Shown here: one piece after another, positions 34,006 through 36,852 of the stretch
Layout of the letters: each line of letters opens with the position of its first letter
Position numbering within the stretch: the first letter of the stretch is position 1
Virus record (IMG/VR): IMGVR_UViG_2537561875_000003
DNA: 36,852 nucleotides
Reading direction: 5' to 3' (one strand)
Origin: a virus
Taxonomy: Duplodnaviria > Heunggongvirae > Uroviricota > Caudoviricetes
Notes under the pieces: model-generated
Databases searched by the model: none
What the model was told of the DNA's origin: nothing
Seen by the model: only the letters and a program-made list of their open reading frames with translations
Translations under genes and position numbers: made by a program

Positions 34006-34487
34006 TACTTGCTCCAGGTGCTGATTTTGACCAGCTCGCCAGCGTCACAATCGCTTGCGGCATAGAATTCGGTCTCGATAAAACCGGCCACGGTTGCGCC
34101 GGCTGCGGCGACTTGCACCTCACCGGTAGTCAGGGATGCAAAAACCTTCTGCCCGCGGGTGGCAGCGGTTGACGTTTTGGCCCAGAAGTCACCGGCAACC
34201 ATCAGGGTGATTTCGCGTCCGGGCTGGATAAGCATGGATGCCTGACCCAGCCAGATGGTGATCGACGCCTGACCGTCACGATGGACAAAGCCAGACGGAA
34301 CACCGCTACCGGCATTGGAAGCCACACCGTCAACAGCCCAGGCAAAGCGGCCGACAGTCAGGCCATCCTCGCCAGCAACCAGAGCGCCCTCGCCAGCCTG
34401 ATAGGTCGCGTGAGGGTTGGTGCCAGCAAAGGCCCCTTCGACGCCGGGGGCCGGATACTGGTTAATTCGTGTCTGAAAACCTGCCAT
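34005..34487 (-). CDS. Capsid decoration / cement protein
   Basis: 160 aa between scaffold and capsid genes; [19 protein letters not shown]. Confidence 0.68.
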   Translation of the reverse strand: MAGFQTRINQYPAPGVEGAFAGTNPHATYQAGEGALVAGEDGLTVGRFAWAVDGVASNAGSGVPSGFVHRDGQASITIWLGQASMLIQPGREITLMVAGDFWAKTSTAATRGQKVFASLTTGEVQVAAAGATVAGFIETEFYAASDCDAGELVKISTWSK

Positions 34488-34488
34488 G

Positions 34489-35661
<1,173 letters not shown>

Positions 35662-36489
35662 TCAATCCTGTTTTGAAAGCCCTGGAATGACAGCCTCCCA
35701 GGTGCAACGACAATTTGGTAATTCGCCTGGCATGATGTGCTCGCCATCGATGAGCATCCCTTCTGAGAGATCGAACAGCTTGCCATTAGCTTTTACATGG
35801 GACTGGCGAGGCTTTTTGCCTGCATGGGAGTGCTTCCATATTCCCTGGGTAATGCCGAGCGCCTGCTGTCGCGCAGACTGAACGAATGAGGTAGCCTTGT
35901 TGTTCTGATCTCGGGCAATGAACGCCGCACGGCGCCGGGTAATCCCGTATCGCTTCTGGAGTTCATCGGTGAGATAGGACAAGTCGCGCCCACGCGCTAC
36001 CGTCCGCATAACCAGCCCTTCCACCTCGGTGAAATACTTCTCGGGGATGGATCGGATTAGGCCGACATTCTCGGCGATGGTCGCCTGAAGAGCGTTATTC
36101 ATCTGCGAGGTCATCTTGAACTTGACAGTAAACCCCGCATCTTTGAAGGCTGTGGCCAGTGAAGCATCCGCGTTTTTCATGGCGTCGTTAGCGAACCTGT
36201 CGGCCAGCTTTTGCGCCATGTCATCAAACCGCCGCGTCCAGCGCTTAGCCAGTTTCTGCATGGCATTCCGCATCATCACTGCAGGTGATGCATCCATGGC
36301 GACAGCCGCGCCGCTGGCCCGATAGTTTGCCGACAGCCAGTAGACAACAGATGCCTGCATTTCCTGCACCTGCTTATCAAGCTGTCGGCGGTACCATGCT
36401 TCGACGCCAGCGTTAGGATGAACCGCCCTTATCGTCAGGGTCTGCTTCTTCCTCTTCGTCGTAGTCGTCTTCGATTTCGAGGTCATCAT
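35662..36489 (-). CDS. Head morphogenesis / minor head protein (Mu F, SPP1 gp7-like)
   Basis: RAAFIARDQNNK..GIW..RQSH..PGELPNCRC; start uncertain. Confidence 0.85.
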   Translation of the reverse strand: MMTSKSKTTTTKRKKQTLTIRAVHPNAGVEAWYRRQLDKQVQEMQASVVYWLSANYRASGAAVAMDASPAVMMRNAMQKLAKRWTRRFDDMAQKLADRFANDAMKNADASLATAFKDAGFTVKFKMTSQMNNALQATIAENVGLIRSIPEKYFTEVEGLVMRTVARGRDLSYLTDELQKRYGITRRRAAFIARDQNNKATSFVQSARQQALGITQGIWKHSHAGKKPRQSHVKANGKLFDLSEGMLIDGEHIMPGELPNCRCTWEAVIPGLSKQD

Positions 36490-36852
36490 TCAGGTCCAGA
36501 GAGTGATAAGGAGAGTCCAGGTCACCGGCGATTTTTTCGCGGACTTCGTTGCCAGAGAGCACGCTGGCGCCTACATAGACAGCGTCTGTGTCCGCGTCTA
36601 CTTTTCGAATTTCCGCCCGCTCTTTAGCACTCATTTCATACAGCGGCTCAAAGTCGAAGGTTATGCCATCGTCAATGTCGCCGAACTCAGAGAGCTGAAT
36701 GATGTCCATCACACGCTTCAGGTTGTCTTTAAAAACAGACTGCTGCAGGGCGTGAATGTAGTCGTAGAAAACGCGGATTTCGCCGTCAGACGTTGCGTTA
36801 AGGCCATTTGGAGTAATGCCCAGCAGTTTGACGAGCGGGATGCTCGAAACCG
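36413..36852 (-). CDS. Portal protein (DUF1073), C-terminal part
   Basis: Hand extended to the window edge: VSSIPLVKLLGITPNGLNATSDGEIRVFYDYI..FDFEPLYEMSAKERAEI. Confidence 0.85.
   Translation of the reverse strand, partial: VSSIPLVKLLGITPNGLNATSDGEIRVFYDYIHALQQSVFKDNLKRVMDIIQLSEFGDIDDGITFDFEPLYEMSAKERAEIRKVDADTDAVYVGASVLSGNEVREKIAGDLDSPYHSLDLNDDLEIEDDYDEEEEADPDDKGGSS

Noticed and set aside
32938-34065. 375-aa plus-strand ORF
   Set aside because: Antisense shadow of the GC-rich capsid gene; no RBS or recognisable motif.
36413-36852. Anti-CBASS Acb1 function for the DUF1073 protein
   Set aside because: Position at the head of the capsid module and its motifs fit a portal; no phosphoesterase HxT motifs in the visible part.

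Overview
Enterobacterial (probably Klebsiella-like) chromosomal window made almost entirely of stacked mobile elements, nearly all read on the minus strand. From right to left: (i) the head, tail, baseplate and receptor-binding half of a temperate contractile-tail prophage (DUF1073 portal, DUF2213, DUF2184 capsid, DUF3383 sheath, baseplate J, DUF2612). It carries a P22 immI-like Arc/Mnt/antirepressor cassette inside the baseplate genes, an SGNH-esterase tail spike, and a terminal LexA-controlled two-gene operon encoding a UmuD'-like protein. (ii) A 45-bp 3' half of tRNA-Arg(UCU) acting as att site. (iii) A ~9.6-kb P4/PICI-like satellite: integrase, AlpA, AntA, a CI/C4-type antisense immunity region with an Icd-like gene, DUF927 helicase, iteron origin, SSB and an HTH protein, with no packaging genes visible. 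(iv) A short orphan phage-like segment (39-aa membrane peptide, Bro-N gene). (v) An IS1 without target duplication, abutting a chaperone-usher fimbrial operon (major subunit and chaperone). All family calls are from recognised motifs and gene order, not database searches.
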